Positions 1 through 8,341 of a stretch of 64,000 nt of DNA are shown piece by piece. A program made the translations under genes and the position numbers. Source of the DNA: a virus; IMG/VR virus record IMGVR_UViG_3300027743_000025, positions 22,174 through 86,173 of that record. One strand, 5' to 3'. Every line of letters begins with the position of its first letter. Position 1 is the stretch's first letter. The notes beneath the pieces are model-generated. The model did not search any database. It had not been told where the DNA came from and was given only the letters and a program-made list of their open reading frames with translations.

Positions 1-68
1 GTCGATGTTGACCACGTACACGTGAAAGAACGTGCCGGCGTAGCGCCACTTCCTCCGCTCCCAGTGGC

Positions 69-251
69 TTACCGGTTCCCCTTGAGCCATGCCGCCGCAT
101 CCTCTCCAGCCCGCTTCAGTTCTAGCTGGCCGTCTTCAGTATGCGTGCACTCCCGGCACACCCCCGCCGGCCGGTTGCCGATCCAGGTAGTCCCCACGAC
201 CCCGCGCACCTTGTAGCACACGACGCATATGCCGTTGGCTATCAGGCTCAC
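69..251 (-). CDS. hypothetical protein, possible Zn-binding (CxxC...CxxC)
   Basis: ORF overlaps the upstream gene by 4 nt in a tightly packed minus-strand operon; CVVC and CREC motifs. Confidence 0.6.
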   Translation of the reverse strand: MSLIANGICVVCYKVRGVVGTTWIGNRPAGVCRECTHTEDGQLELKRAGEDAAAWLKGNR

Positions 252-436
252 GGCCCCACCTCCGTAATCCTGCCGACGAACATCAGGTCCCCGTGCGTGT
301 GCGCCCGCTTGCGTAGCTCCTCTTGCACGAGCGCCTCAGGCAACGCCTTGTACGCCATCCAGACGCCATCATTCTCGTCCAGCGCCTCAACGAACACCTC
401 AGGCAGGCGGTCGAATTTCACCCGGTAGCGCGCCAT
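248..436 (-). CDS. hypothetical protein
   Basis: Coupled to neighbours, phage-like codon usage. Confidence 0.7.
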   Translation of the reverse strand: MARYRVKFDRLPEVFVEALDENDGVWMAYKALPEALVQEELRKRAHTHGDLMFVGRITEVGP

Positions 437-666
437 CAGTCCTCCACCAGCTCAATGGCCTTCATGCCATACTCCGGCTTCTCGTCGAGCAGATCCCACT
501 CGCCGAGATCCAGCCCCCACGGCTGGCCCCAGCCCGAGCACTGTGCGCAGACGCCGTTAGGGATGTCGTTCCACGCCTTCTGTTCGGCCGCCTCTTCATC
601 TTCCGCCTCCACGATGATGGTCACACTGGCCACCGTCTCGTAATACACCCGGTACTTAGGCATCAC
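436..666 (-). CDS. hypothetical protein (VEAEDEEAAEQKA-type small phage protein)
   Basis: Coupled ORF; Y-x-V...VEA-x-x-E-E-A pattern common in phage small proteins. Confidence 0.75.
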   Translation of the reverse strand: MMPKYRVYYETVASVTIIVEAEDEEAAEQKAWNDIPNGVCAQCSGWGQPWGLDLGEWDLLDEKPEYGMKAIELVED

Positions 667-845
667 TTACCATCCCAGTTCACGAAATTGGTCAGGAAGC
701 GGATGATGTCCTTAGCTTCCTCATGGTTGACACGCAGTCGAATCATCCGGTCCGACTCCCGTTCCAGGTGCACACGCAGGGTTGCATCCTGGCTGTTATA
801 CCAGCCACCGCCCCCGTACGAGACTTCCCACGACCTCTTAGACAT
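663..845 (-). CDS. hypothetical protein
   Basis: AAGGAGAG RBS upstream; overlaps next gene. Confidence 0.7.
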   Translation of the reverse strand: MSKRSWEVSYGGGGWYNSQDATLRVHLERESDRMIRLRVNHEEAKDIIRFLTNFVNWDGK

Positions 846-856
846 CAGCGCTCTCC

Positions 857-1087
857 TTACAGATCATCGTGCGAACCGTCTGGCCCGCTAGGTCGCCGGG
901 GGAATCGCTGGTAGTAGCGCCGCCGCGTGTTGTAGTAGGTCTGCCGCGTGCCCACGTCATAGTGCCAGAGGAAGAACATCCAGGCCGGGACACCGAGGAA
1001 CCCCCACGGGGTGAGGCAGAACCCGATGGCCAGACTCAGCCCGATCGCGATCAGTGCGCAGGCCCGGAGCACCTCCCGCTGCATCAC
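857..1087 (-). CDS. small membrane protein
   Basis: Two hydrophobic segments followed by a basic tail. Confidence 0.65.
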   Translation of the reverse strand: MMQREVLRACALIAIGLSLAIGFCLTPWGFLGVPAWMFFLWHYDVGTRQTYYNTRRRYYQRFPRRPSGPDGSHDDL

Positions 1088-1287
1088 GGCGCATCCTTAA
1101 TGCTCACGTCCAGGCCAGCCGTCTCGGCCAGCGTTAAGATCAGGACTTCAACCTCGGACGGCTCCAGCATGACGGAAGCCGAAGCCCCACGCTGTCCTTC
1201 CAGGGTGAGCTGAACCCCAGGCCGCGTGGCCCGCTCGTCTATGTAGAGATACCCGTTGCCGTCTACCAGCTGCATGATGTGTTCCAT
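1084..1287 (-). CDS. hypothetical protein (leaderless)
   Basis: ATG 6 nt downstream of a TAGATT -10 element. Confidence 0.7.
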   Translation of the reverse strand: MEHIMQLVDGNGYLYIDERATRPGVQLTLEGQRGASASVMLEPSEVEVLILTLAETAGLDVSIKDAP

Positions 1288-1293
1288 GCCCCT

Positions 1294-1323
1294 AATCTAG
1301 CACACTGTCAACGAGAGTCAACC
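1294..1323 (-). promoter_or_regulatory. sigmaA-type promoter with tandem GTTGAC boxes
   Basis: TTGACT(1321-1316)-16 bp-TAGATT(1299-1294)-6 nt-ATG; second GTTGACA 10 bp after the first box. Confidence 0.7.
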
Positions 1324-1332
1324 CCCCAGTTT

Positions 1333-1363
1333 GGTTGGCACCTGTTGATAGTCCTGCTATAGT
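1333..1363 (+). promoter_or_regulatory. sigmaA-type promoter with tandem boxes
   Basis: TTGGCA(1335)-17 bp-TATAGT(1358)-6 nt-ATG 1370; GTTGATA 10 bp after the first box. Confidence 0.75.
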
Positions 1364-1369
1364 CGAGGT

Positions 1370-1723
1370 ATGGAAACCACCACGATCACTCAGTCCCAGA
1401 TCCAGCTCACCCGCGCCGACACTGTTGTGGCCGGCTCTACCATCATCCGGAACCGGTACGACAGCGGCGTGATGATCGAGCCGTCCTCGCACCTGGTTGA
1501 GCGCGCCGGCTTTGACTCCAAGGAGAACCGCGTCGTCTTCAAGTGTGGATACCGGATCTTCACCTACCGGCCGGCCGACCTGGTGATGGTCGTTGCCGGT
1601 GCTATGGTCCCCGACCCCCAGCTGGAAGACCTGGTTGACATGACCCTGCGCGGCGCCGGGATCACCGAGGAGACTCTGACCAAGGCCGACGAAAACCTTG
1701 ACGACGTTTGGCAGGTCGGCTAG
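1370..1723 (+). CDS. hypothetical protein (possible SH3-like N-terminus)
   Basis: Strong GC3 codon bias; leaderless start after promoter. Confidence 0.8.
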   Translation: METTTITQSQIQLTRADTVVAGSTIIRNRYDSGVMIEPSSHLVERAGFDSKENRVVFKCGYRIFTYRPADLVMVVAGAMVPDPQLEDLVDMTLRGAGITEETLTKADENLDDVWQVG

Positions 1724-1733
1724 TTTTCTCTTC

Positions 1734-1868
1734 GCCGGTCACCGCGAACCCCACAGGAACAGACCGCCTGTGGTCCACGCGGAACGCACTCACAACGCGG
1801 TGGCCGGCACCCTAACCTTACTGAGGGGGAGGGCCGGTAGGGATGCGGACGGGCGACCCTACCGGCCC
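1734..1868 (+). ncRNA. candidate structured RNA
   Basis: 13-bp closing stem (1734-1746 with 1796-1808) enclosing a CCACAGG/CCTGTGG hairpin; second 12-bp stem 1831-1868; no ORF in the track covers it. Confidence 0.4.
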
Positions 1869-1881
1869 GCCCTGTAAGCGA

Positions 1882-1913
1882 AGAAAACCCCCAGCCTAGG
1901 CCGGGGGTTTTCT
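1882..1913. terminator. bidirectional intrinsic terminator
   Basis: AGAAAACCCCC-AGCC-TA-GGCC-GGGGGTTTTCT inverted repeat with A and T tracts. Confidence 0.8.
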
Positions 1914-2008
1914 ACACATGTAGTAGCCCGCCAGGACATCCACGACTGGCTCTGCTACTGGTATGACTATGTAGTTGTCCCGAAACTCTAGCATGGTAGG
2001 GGTCCTAG

Positions 2009-2440
2009 GTGTACGACGATGACACTCAGGCCAGATTTTGGTCTAAGGCCGATGTGCGCGGGCCGGATGAGTGTTGGCCCTGGTCGGGATCCAGAGCCGA
2101 TAGAAACGGCAGACCTGGCTATGGGCACTTTTGGCTGAGAGGCAGCAACCGTCAGGCTCACCGCATCTCATGGGAGATAGCAAACGATGTTCAGATGACC
2201 GAGCCGTGTGCTCGGCATACCTGTGACAACCCACCGTGTGTGAATCCCTATCATGTGCTGCCTGGCACGCAGGCAGACAACATGTCGGATGCTTCTGTCA
2301 AGCAGCGATGGAGAACTAGTCACTGCCCCGCTGGACATGAATACGCTGGCATGAACCTGCACACCCGGCCCGATGGTAGACGTGTATGTCGTGCATGTGC
2401 TCGGGAACGGGAGCGCCGTCGTCGTGGATCCAAGAGATAA
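2009..2440 (+). CDS. HNH endonuclease with C-terminal Zn domain
   Basis: RFWSK...ECWPW, AHRISW, HTCDNPPCVNPYH, GTQADN, CPAGH...CRAC. Confidence 0.9.
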   Translation: MYDDDTQARFWSKADVRGPDECWPWSGSRADRNGRPGYGHFWLRGSNRQAHRISWEIANDVQMTEPCARHTCDNPPCVNPYHVLPGTQADNMSDASVKQRWRTSHCPAGHEYAGMNLHTRPDGRRVCRACARERERRRRGSKR

Positions 2441-2441
2441 G

Positions 2442-2615
2442 ATGTCTCTCTTTCCCGTGACTTCATGGGTACCTCAATATCTCAAGCCTGTGACGACCAG
2501 CCTTTGCAGTAATTGCTACCGGCTGTGCGCCCACGATCCTCCGGTTGAGCCTGACGACTTCGTGCTCCCGGGACGGTATGGTGAGAGACTCTTCGTTGTG
2601 GTTGACACTTGTTGA
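2442..2615 (+). CDS. hypothetical protein
   Basis: ATG 1 nt after the HNH stop; CSNC motif. Confidence 0.45.
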   Translation: MSLFPVTSWVPQYLKPVTTSLCSNCYRLCAHDPPVEPDDFVLPGRYGERLFVVVDTC

Positions 2616-2630
2616 CACCCAAGCTAGGAT
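2600..2630 (+). promoter_or_regulatory. sigmaA-type promoter with tandem GTTGACAC boxes
   Basis: TTGACA(2602)-17 bp-TAGGAT(2625)-6 nt-ATG 2637; second GTTGACAC at 2611. Confidence 0.85.
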
Positions 2631-2636
2631 GGCAAT

Positions 2637-3056
2637 ATGACCGTTCAGATCGTCACCCCCGAGCAGTGCAAGGCCGGAGCATGCGGCCGTGGTCCCCACG
2701 TCGTAAGCAAGTTCAGCAGCTGCTTTGATGAGGCTGTTTACCAGTGGGCTATCGAGTACCCAGACCAGGAGACCGGAAGCGTCGAGTGGCACTATCACCT
2801 GGTGATGCTTCAGGTGAAGCTAGACCCCATGCTCATCCCCGTGGCTGAGGAAGATGACCCGTGGTACGTGAACGTCCCGGTGGGCACCTATCTTGTCTAC
2901 ACACGCGACAGTGGCGCCGTCACTGTCAACCACTACAAGAATCACAGCGACGCTGAGGAAGCGTTCAATGAGGACCATGACGATTACAGCCGTTGGGACG
3001 ACCCGGAGGCTTACTACGCCCCAGACCCCGACGACCGAGAGGGAGCGTGGATGTGA
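2637..3056 (+). CDS. hypothetical acidic protein
   Basis: Leaderless start, good codon bias. Confidence 0.8.
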   Translation: MTVQIVTPEQCKAGACGRGPHVVSKFSSCFDEAVYQWAIEYPDQETGSVEWHYHLVMLQVKLDPMLIPVAEEDDPWYVNVPVGTYLVYTRDSGAVTVNHYKNHSDAEEAFNEDHDDYSRWDDPEAYYAPDPDDREGAWM

Positions 3057-3340
3057 TGGGTGAGGCAACCATAACGTTCGCAGATGGAGTGGTGGCCCAA
3101 GCCATCCCCGAGAGCATCACGGTGGCCGGGATCCCCGGAGGCCGGCCGGGGGAAGTCTCGCACAAGCTTGTCTACCGGACTCCAGGCTTGACTATGTGGT
3201 ACGTGCCGCTGGACTCAGTGCTCTCCATTGTGTTCCACATGGAGCGTCCCAAGCGCACGCGCAGGCGCCGCAAGCTACACAGTCAGGTGGTCCGGACGCA
3301 AGTCCCCACGCCAGTTGACAAGGATCCTGACCAGTCCTAG
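3056..3340 (+). CDS. hypothetical protein
   Basis: TGATG overlap with upstream gene, GAGGGAG RBS. Confidence 0.65.
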   Translation: MGEATITFADGVVAQAIPESITVAGIPGGRPGEVSHKLVYRTPGLTMWYVPLDSVLSIVFHMERPKRTRRRRKLHSQVVRTQVPTPVDKDPDQS

Positions 3341-3343
3341 TGT
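3314..3343 (+). promoter_or_regulatory. sigmaA-type promoter
   Basis: TTGACA(3315)-17 bp-TAGTGT(3338)-6 nt-ATG 3350. Confidence 0.7.
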
Positions 3344-3354
3344 GTTGCCATGAG

Positions 3355-3397
3355 GCTGAGCGCCGACCTCGGAGGGGTCGCGCTCAGCTTTTTCTTT
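3355..3397 (+). terminator. intrinsic terminator
   Basis: GCTGAGCG-C-CGACCTC/GGA/GGGGTCG-CGCTCAGC followed by TTTTTCTTT. Confidence 0.85.
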
Positions 3398-3410
3398 GTG
3401 CGCGAAAGGG

Positions 3411-3680
3411 ATGACGATGACTATTTTGGATCAGTCTGACGTTGTGCACACGCTGCTCTTGCAGCGGGATCAGTTGACTAAATCGGTTGCTGCTATGGAT
3501 TCCATAGCCCGAGCAGAGCAGGCCCGCTATGCGCGCCTCCTGGCGCTGGCTCAGGCCCTGGTTGACACGTGGGGGGTAGGCCCGCTCTCCGCAGTGGAGC
3601 AGGAGTTCGCTGACGCACTGGAAGCGCTCGAAGACCCGGTAAGCATGGCCGAGCTGCTCAGATTTCCAACGTCAACTTAG
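3411..3680 (+). CDS. hypothetical coiled-coil protein
   Basis: GAAAGGG RBS; helical composition. Confidence 0.7.
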   Translation: MTMTILDQSDVVHTLLLQRDQLTKSVAAMDSIARAEQARYARLLALAQALVDTWGVGPLSAVEQEFADALEALEDPVSMAELLRFPTST

Positions 3681-3966
3681 GACGGTAGTTCCGTCTAGCG
3701 AGGTATCCTCGCACCTGCCGCCGCGTGTCCTCAGAGACCGCGCCGACGAACACCACCTCATCATCAGGCTGGTAGTTCGTGCGCGCGTGATGTTCCTGGC
3801 CGTCCACGTGTAGGAAGAACTCAGCGTGAGTGAGCCTCCGAGCCCGGATGTACTGCGTACCGCGCTTCAGGTTGACAGCGTAGATGTAGACCACCGCGCT
3901 CCGTCCCTCACGTTCTTTCCACCGCGTGCCGATCCGGTGACCTTCGTAGTCAAGCTCAAGTTCCAC
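3658..3966 (-). CDS. hypothetical protein
   Basis: ORF in a minus-strand cluster; GAGGA RBS. Confidence 0.65.
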   Translation of the reverse strand: MELELDYEGHRIGTRWKEREGRSAVVYIYAVNLKRGTQYIRARRLTHAEFFLHVDGQEHHARTNYQPDDEVVFVGAVSEDTRRQVRGYLARRNYRPKLTLEI

Positions 3967-3995
3967 AGCTAAAGATCCTCGCGTAAAACAGGATG

Positions 3996-4349
3996 CTAGA
4001 TAGGAGCCACTTCAACAGACTCATCATCATCATCTTCTTCAATGTAATCGAAGGAGTTGTTGATCTCGTCGACAGCTGCCTTGGTCTTCTCGATCCAAGG
4101 CCCCAGGGTGTTGGCACCCAAGGACCCCAGTTTACCCAGCGTGCCGGCAGCCACCTTGACAGCCGAGTCCAGGACATGAGCTGTCATCCCGACCAGCGCT
4201 CCTATGGTTGACACGGCCACCTCCAGCCGCGCCACGCGGGAGGACAGGCTTAGCAGCTCAGCGTCTACCGGATCCATAGGCTCCGGCTCCTCAGAGTCCA
4301 GGATCTCTTGAATGACCTCCCCGGCGTACTTCTTGTCTTCTGGCATCAC
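3996..4349 (-). CDS. hypothetical protein with acidic C-terminus
   Basis: Coupled to upstream gene. Confidence 0.7.
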   Translation of the reverse strand: MMPEDKKYAGEVIQEILDSEEPEPMDPVDAELLSLSSRVARLEVAVSTIGALVGMTAHVLDSAVKVAAGTLGKLGSLGANTLGPWIEKTKAAVDEINNSFDYIEEDDDDESVEVAPI

Positions 4350-4654
4350 TCGGCCGCCACGTAGCGCAGGTAGAGTTCCACCCGGTCAGTGGCGCCTTCG
4401 CGCTCCTCGGAGCTAGCGACGTACGCCTCCCACGAACCGCTGTCAACCACGAATGCGGCCAGCTGGCCGCGCCGGATGCGCCACGCCGTCTGGGAGATAA
4501 CGCGCAGCCGATCCTTAGGGCCAGACCCCACTAGATACCACTTACCCGGAGTGCCCTTGCACTTGGTTGCCACGGCCGCGTACGGCTCAAAGAGCACGGT
4601 TGCACGCTGGGAAGCGCGCGGGGGTGGGCTCGCCACTTTGCTGATCTTATCCAT
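4346..4654 (-). CDS. putative DNA-binding protein
   Basis: PGKW...IRRGQLAAF...GSWEA...LYLRY pattern seen in actinophage small proteins; leaderless. Confidence 0.6.
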   Translation of the reverse strand: MDKISKVASPPPRASQRATVLFEPYAAVATKCKGTPGKWYLVGSGPKDRLRVISQTAWRIRRGQLAAFVVDSGSWEAYVASSEEREGATDRVELYLRYVAAE

Positions 4655-4660
4655 GGCTCT

Positions 4661-4702
4661 AGGTTACCTGCTCTTGCCAACGATTGTCAACCAAGGTAGG
4701 GT
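4661..4702. promoter_or_regulatory. overlapping divergent promoters
   Basis: Minus: TTGACA(4690-4685)-18-TAACCT(4666-4661)-6-ATG with GTTGGCA 10 bp after the box. Plus: TTGCCA(4674)-17-TAGGGT(4697)-7-ATG 4710. Confidence 0.7.
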
Positions 4703-4709
4703 AGCCCAC

Positions 4710-5024
4710 ATGCCAAGGAAGCGTCGCATGGACGCACACATCTACTTTGGCAGCTTCATGTCATTCCGCGACATTGAGACCGTCCGCGCCCCCGTGCTGG
4801 AGGGAACCCCGGTTATCGCCGCTCACCTGTACCGCCGGGAAGACCAGACTTCGCTGTGTGGGGTGGCGCTGCCCGGCATGCAGCAGTCTTCGTTCACCAC
4901 GGTCCAGTGTCAACTGTGCTGGTTGCATGCCAGGCGCCTACAGGAAGGCCCCCGCAAGCCGTTGCTGGCTCCACGGTGGAAGCCATACGCCTACGGGGAC
5001 CGCTGGTCTTACCGGTTCGTCTAG
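4710..5024 (+). CDS. hypothetical protein, possible Zn-binding (H...LCG...CxxC)
   Basis: Start chosen from the promoter; AHL...SLCG...CQLC. Confidence 0.6.
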   Translation: MPRKRRMDAHIYFGSFMSFRDIETVRAPVLEGTPVIAAHLYRREDQTSLCGVALPGMQQSSFTTVQCQLCWLHARRLQEGPRKPLLAPRWKPYAYGDRWSYRFV

Positions 5025-5692
5025 TAGAAGGCGTCGTTCGCCAGCATCTGGATAGCGATGACGTGCACCGACCCGGCAGCACCCTTGTCCATGTTCGCAG
5101 CCGCTTCCACATCCAGCCAGGCGGTTGACTGCGCCTTGATGGACAGGAGCAGGTCAGGGTTGTTGGACGCTAGGGCGATAGCCGGGACCTGCGTAAAGCG
5201 GCCGGCCGGGAAGTTGATCCGCTTCGTCTGCAAGTGTCCAGCGCCGGCCGTGACCGAGAACCCACTGAGGTTGCCAGTGAACATCGCAAAGGGCAGGTAC
5301 TCAACCCGCGTGCCAGCCACCCTGGCAATGTCCCCGCCAGGCAGCATATGAAGCTGATTCTTCACTGTGCTGCCATCGAAGTTCTGGAGAATGGTGGCCC
5401 CGTCACTGGTCCGAGTGTAGAGCCTGGTGGTAACGGCATGGCCCGGAGTTGAGAGGTTACGGATGTCCAGGAGAGCTTCCTTCCTCACGGTGTGGCTGCC
5501 GAGCGTGAGGCCATCCGACACCGCGAGAGACTTCGTAGACATCGCCGTGGACAGCGCAGCTGCCTGATTTTGCAGCCCCTTGAGAGCTAGGTCAACCGCC
5601 CGAGCCAGATTCTCGAAGGCGTCCGGCCCGTCCGCGTCGTCTGTATAGTCCGGCCATGGGAGATTGTTCGGAGCGCCGGTAGTCTGTGCCAT
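5021..5692 (-). CDS. short tail fibre / receptor-binding-like protein
   Basis: N-terminal LPWPDYTD...ENLARAVD shared with the fibre genes at 56.5-59 kb; C-terminal FPAGRFTQVP...IAIQM lectin-like domain. Confidence 0.6.
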   Translation of the reverse strand: MAQTTGAPNNLPWPDYTDDADGPDAFENLARAVDLALKGLQNQAAALSTAMSTKSLAVSDGLTLGSHTVRKEALLDIRNLSTPGHAVTTRLYTRTSDGATILQNFDGSTVKNQLHMLPGGDIARVAGTRVEYLPFAMFTGNLSGFSVTAGAGHLQTKRINFPAGRFTQVPAIALASNNPDLLLSIKAQSTAWLDVEAAANMDKGAAGSVHVIAIQMLANDAFY

Positions 5693-5696
5693 CTCG

Positions 5697-7589
5697 TCAC
5701 CTCTCTTTGCCCAACAGCAAGTCTATAAGGCCCTGCCGATCCTTGTCCCGGATCACTTGCTCGATGGCAGTTTCGTTCTGGCCGAGCCGCTCCAGCTGGG
5801 AGAACTCCACGGTGCCCTCCGTGAAGTAGTCGATCACCGTCAGAGAGCTATGCTTCTCCGCCCCAGGCCGGTGGAAGCGAGCGAGCGCCTGCGTCATCAT
5901 CGGGCTGGACCAGGACCGCTGAACCATCAGGATGGTGTCGGCCGCCGTCAGGGTGATGCCCTCGGCCGCTGCTCCGAACGTGCAGAAGATCAGCTTCCTC
6001 TTGCCGTCTTGGAACAGCTCCATGGCCCGCTTGACCTCATGGTCCGGGAGCCCGCCCGCGATCACCGCGATCTCGTTCCAGTGCGCTCCCATGCGCTGCC
6101 GGAGCACATCCTCTGTCAACCGGAGCAGCTTCTTGCTCTCGAAGAAGACGATGCACTGAGAGTCCCCGAAGTCTCCCGAGGTGATGTCGTCCACGACCGC
6201 GTCAACCTTGCAGCTCGGCATGGCCAAGTTGATCGTGACGCGCGGCGTCTCCTGCCCCGGCACCACCGAGGTGATCACCGAGCCGTGCGCCTGAGCCAGC
6301 ATCATCAGCCGGCCGGTCTTGATCATGATGGACTGCGCTGTCAACCGGTCCGTGGTCCCGTCCGGCTGCTTCAGCCAGGCAACCATCTGGTCCCTCATCT
6401 GCGTGTAAGCCTCGGCCTGCTGCTTGCCCATGGCCACCGTCCGGACCAGCGACCCGCCGCGCTGGATCTCCGGCAGGCTGAGGACATCAGCTTTGAGAAC
6501 CCGCCGGGAGATCGCTTGGAACGTCGACTGAAACTCCCGCTCCCGCTCGTGCTTGAGCCCCAGCACCCGTTCGAACCCAGCGTTGTCGAATCCCTTCCGG
6601 CAATACCAGTCCACCCAGCTGCTCTTGACCGGCCACGCTACCGGGTCCAGCCAGTGCAAGGGAGACCAGCAGTCGTCGGGGGTACGAGAGACCAGGGTGC
6701 CGCTCAAACCCCACCTACGGGCTTCTGGACGGGCTGCCGAAAGTCCCCATAACGCCTGAGCGTTGACAGTCTTCGCATTCCGGATCCTGTGTACCTCGTC
6801 CGCGACGATCACCGACCACGGGATGACGTTCAGTTCCTTCTCGTGAGCCTGGCACTGCGCCGGCTTGATCGAGCCTTCCTCGGACAGCTTTGGCCCGCCG
6901 CACCTCGCGCACTTCTTGAGCGCGTGGCCGGGGAACGCCCGGAGCCGGGTGTGCGTGCGCATGGCCTCCCACCCGATCACGACTATGTCGCCCGGCCCGA
7001 CATCGAACAGCTGCTTCCGCCGGGCTGCCAGCGTCCCGCCGACCACTACCGCCCGAGTCCCCGGCCCCAGGTACTCCGCGATCTCTGACTGCCACCCCCA
7101 GCGGACCTTATTCGGGCAGACGACCAGGACCGGCCCTGACTCCAGCAGCCCATCAGCCGTGAGCGCCGCCAGGACCGCGCGGGTCTTGCCGACCCCGACC
7201 TCACTCAGCAGCAGTCGACCAGGGATCTCTGGCTGCTCTGTCAACCACAGTGCATCCTGCATCTGGTGGGGGTAGAGCGCCCCAGCCGCCTGCAACGTAT
7301 CGGCCTCCCGCTGAGCGGACTGCTCCAGCAGCTCAGACCACCGCGCCTTGTCCTCGGCCACCCACATGCCTACGGCCTCGTCCGGCTTCAGTGGAATCCG
7401 AAGGTATCTCGCGATATCACCCAGCGAGAGCACCGCCGGCCGCCGAGCCGGGATCGTCCAGCACGCCCCGTCACGCCAGTAGAGAGCCCCAGGGATCTCC
7501 TTGATCCGGCCCAGCGTGGCCGGGGGAGCCTTGACCGCCAGCCGGCCGGTGTAGCGGTTGCCCTCAGGGACGAACGAAACGTTGATCAC
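5697..7589 (-). CDS. SF2 (SNF2-like) DNA helicase
   Basis: EVGVGKT, DEVH, LSGT, AAEGITLTAAD, QALARFHRPG motifs. Confidence 0.92.
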   Translation of the reverse strand: MINVSFVPEGNRYTGRLAVKAPPATLGRIKEIPGALYWRDGACWTIPARRPAVLSLGDIARYLRIPLKPDEAVGMWVAEDKARWSELLEQSAQREADTLQAAGALYPHQMQDALWLTEQPEIPGRLLLSEVGVGKTRAVLAALTADGLLESGPVLVVCPNKVRWGWQSEIAEYLGPGTRAVVVGGTLAARRKQLFDVGPGDIVVIGWEAMRTHTRLRAFPGHALKKCARCGGPKLSEEGSIKPAQCQAHEKELNVIPWSVIVADEVHRIRNAKTVNAQALWGLSAARPEARRWGLSGTLVSRTPDDCWSPLHWLDPVAWPVKSSWVDWYCRKGFDNAGFERVLGLKHEREREFQSTFQAISRRVLKADVLSLPEIQRGGSLVRTVAMGKQQAEAYTQMRDQMVAWLKQPDGTTDRLTAQSIMIKTGRLMMLAQAHGSVITSVVPGQETPRVTINLAMPSCKVDAVVDDITSGDFGDSQCIVFFESKKLLRLTEDVLRQRMGAHWNEIAVIAGGLPDHEVKRAMELFQDGKRKLIFCTFGAAAEGITLTAADTILMVQRSWSSPMMTQALARFHRPGAEKHSSLTVIDYFTEGTVEFSQLERLGQNETAIEQVIRDKDRQGLIDLLLGKER

Positions 7590-7885
7590 TGGTCCCGGAA
7601 CTCCTCGTCAATCTCTTTCTCCGGATTTTCCCACTTCTCCGGCAGGTGCTCGAACACCTTCCCGTCACCGGCTGGCCGCTCCTCCCGGAGCTGAGCTTTG
7701 ATCCGGATGTGCGCTGTCGAGTCAGTGAACGTGAGAGCCTGTAGCCGACCGCGCCAACCGGAGATCTCAGCCCTCTTGATGTACTTGGCCCCGTAAAGAT
7801 CGGCCATGTCCAGCGCGGCCTTCAGCTCGTCCGTTGTCATGCCCACGTCGCGATTGCCGGCACTAGCCGTGAACTCAACGCCCAT
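7586..7885 (-). CDS. hypothetical protein
   Basis: Coupled within the replication operon. Confidence 0.7.
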   Translation of the reverse strand: MGVEFTASAGNRDVGMTTDELKAALDMADLYGAKYIKRAEISGWRGRLQALTFTDSTAHIRIKAQLREERPAGDGKVFEHLPEKWENPEKEIDEEFRDQ

Positions 7886-7886
7886 C

Positions 7887-8324
7887 TTAGACCACCCTTA
7901 TAGTGCTTTCGGATACGTGGTTGCTTGCCCACAGTAGACAGTGCCTGAGAGCGTCCCGCGCGTGCCCGTCCTTGGTCTTAGGAACGGGGTAGTGCTTCAC
8001 GCGCTCCTCCGTTCCGAACTCCTTGGCATCCGCCGGGTCTTGCAGATAGATCTTGTTCCCGTTCAGGTGACACTCGCCCTTCATCCATCCGATCATCTCT
8101 AGGCTGGCTGGCTGCCACGTCTTGTAACCCGGTCGCGGCTTGAAGGACTCAGTCACCACGCACAGGCTGGGAAGGGATGTGTGGAGGACCCTGTGGAAGT
8201 AGTCGATGAATTGAGTCTGCGTGTACTCGTGCCACTCCAGCACCGAGATATCTTCAGGCCCGTACGCCACCGCCCGGACGACCCCAGTCATGACCCCAGG
8301 ATCCACTGCCACGATCGTGACCAT
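7887..8324 (-). CDS. RuvC-like Holliday junction resolvase
   Basis: VAVDPGVMTG, VVTESF, HARDALRH motifs; start uncertain. Confidence 0.8.
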   Translation of the reverse strand: MVTIVAVDPGVMTGVVRAVAYGPEDISVLEWHEYTQTQFIDYFHRVLHTSLPSLCVVTESFKPRPGYKTWQPASLEMIGWMKGECHLNGNKIYLQDPADAKEFGTEERVKHYPVPKTKDGHARDALRHCLLWASNHVSESTIRVV

Positions 8325-8341
8325 CCTGACCACCTTCTCTT

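Noticed and set aside
1734-1811. tRNA gene
   Set aside because: Right size, but no TTCGA T-loop, D-arm or 7-bp acceptor geometry; kept only as a candidate structured RNA
5664-6752. Long plus-strand ORFs antisense to real genes (also 29902-30882, 32490-33458, 34965-35963, 38534-39646)
   Set aside because: Shadow ORFs expected from high GC3; no recognisable motifs or RBS
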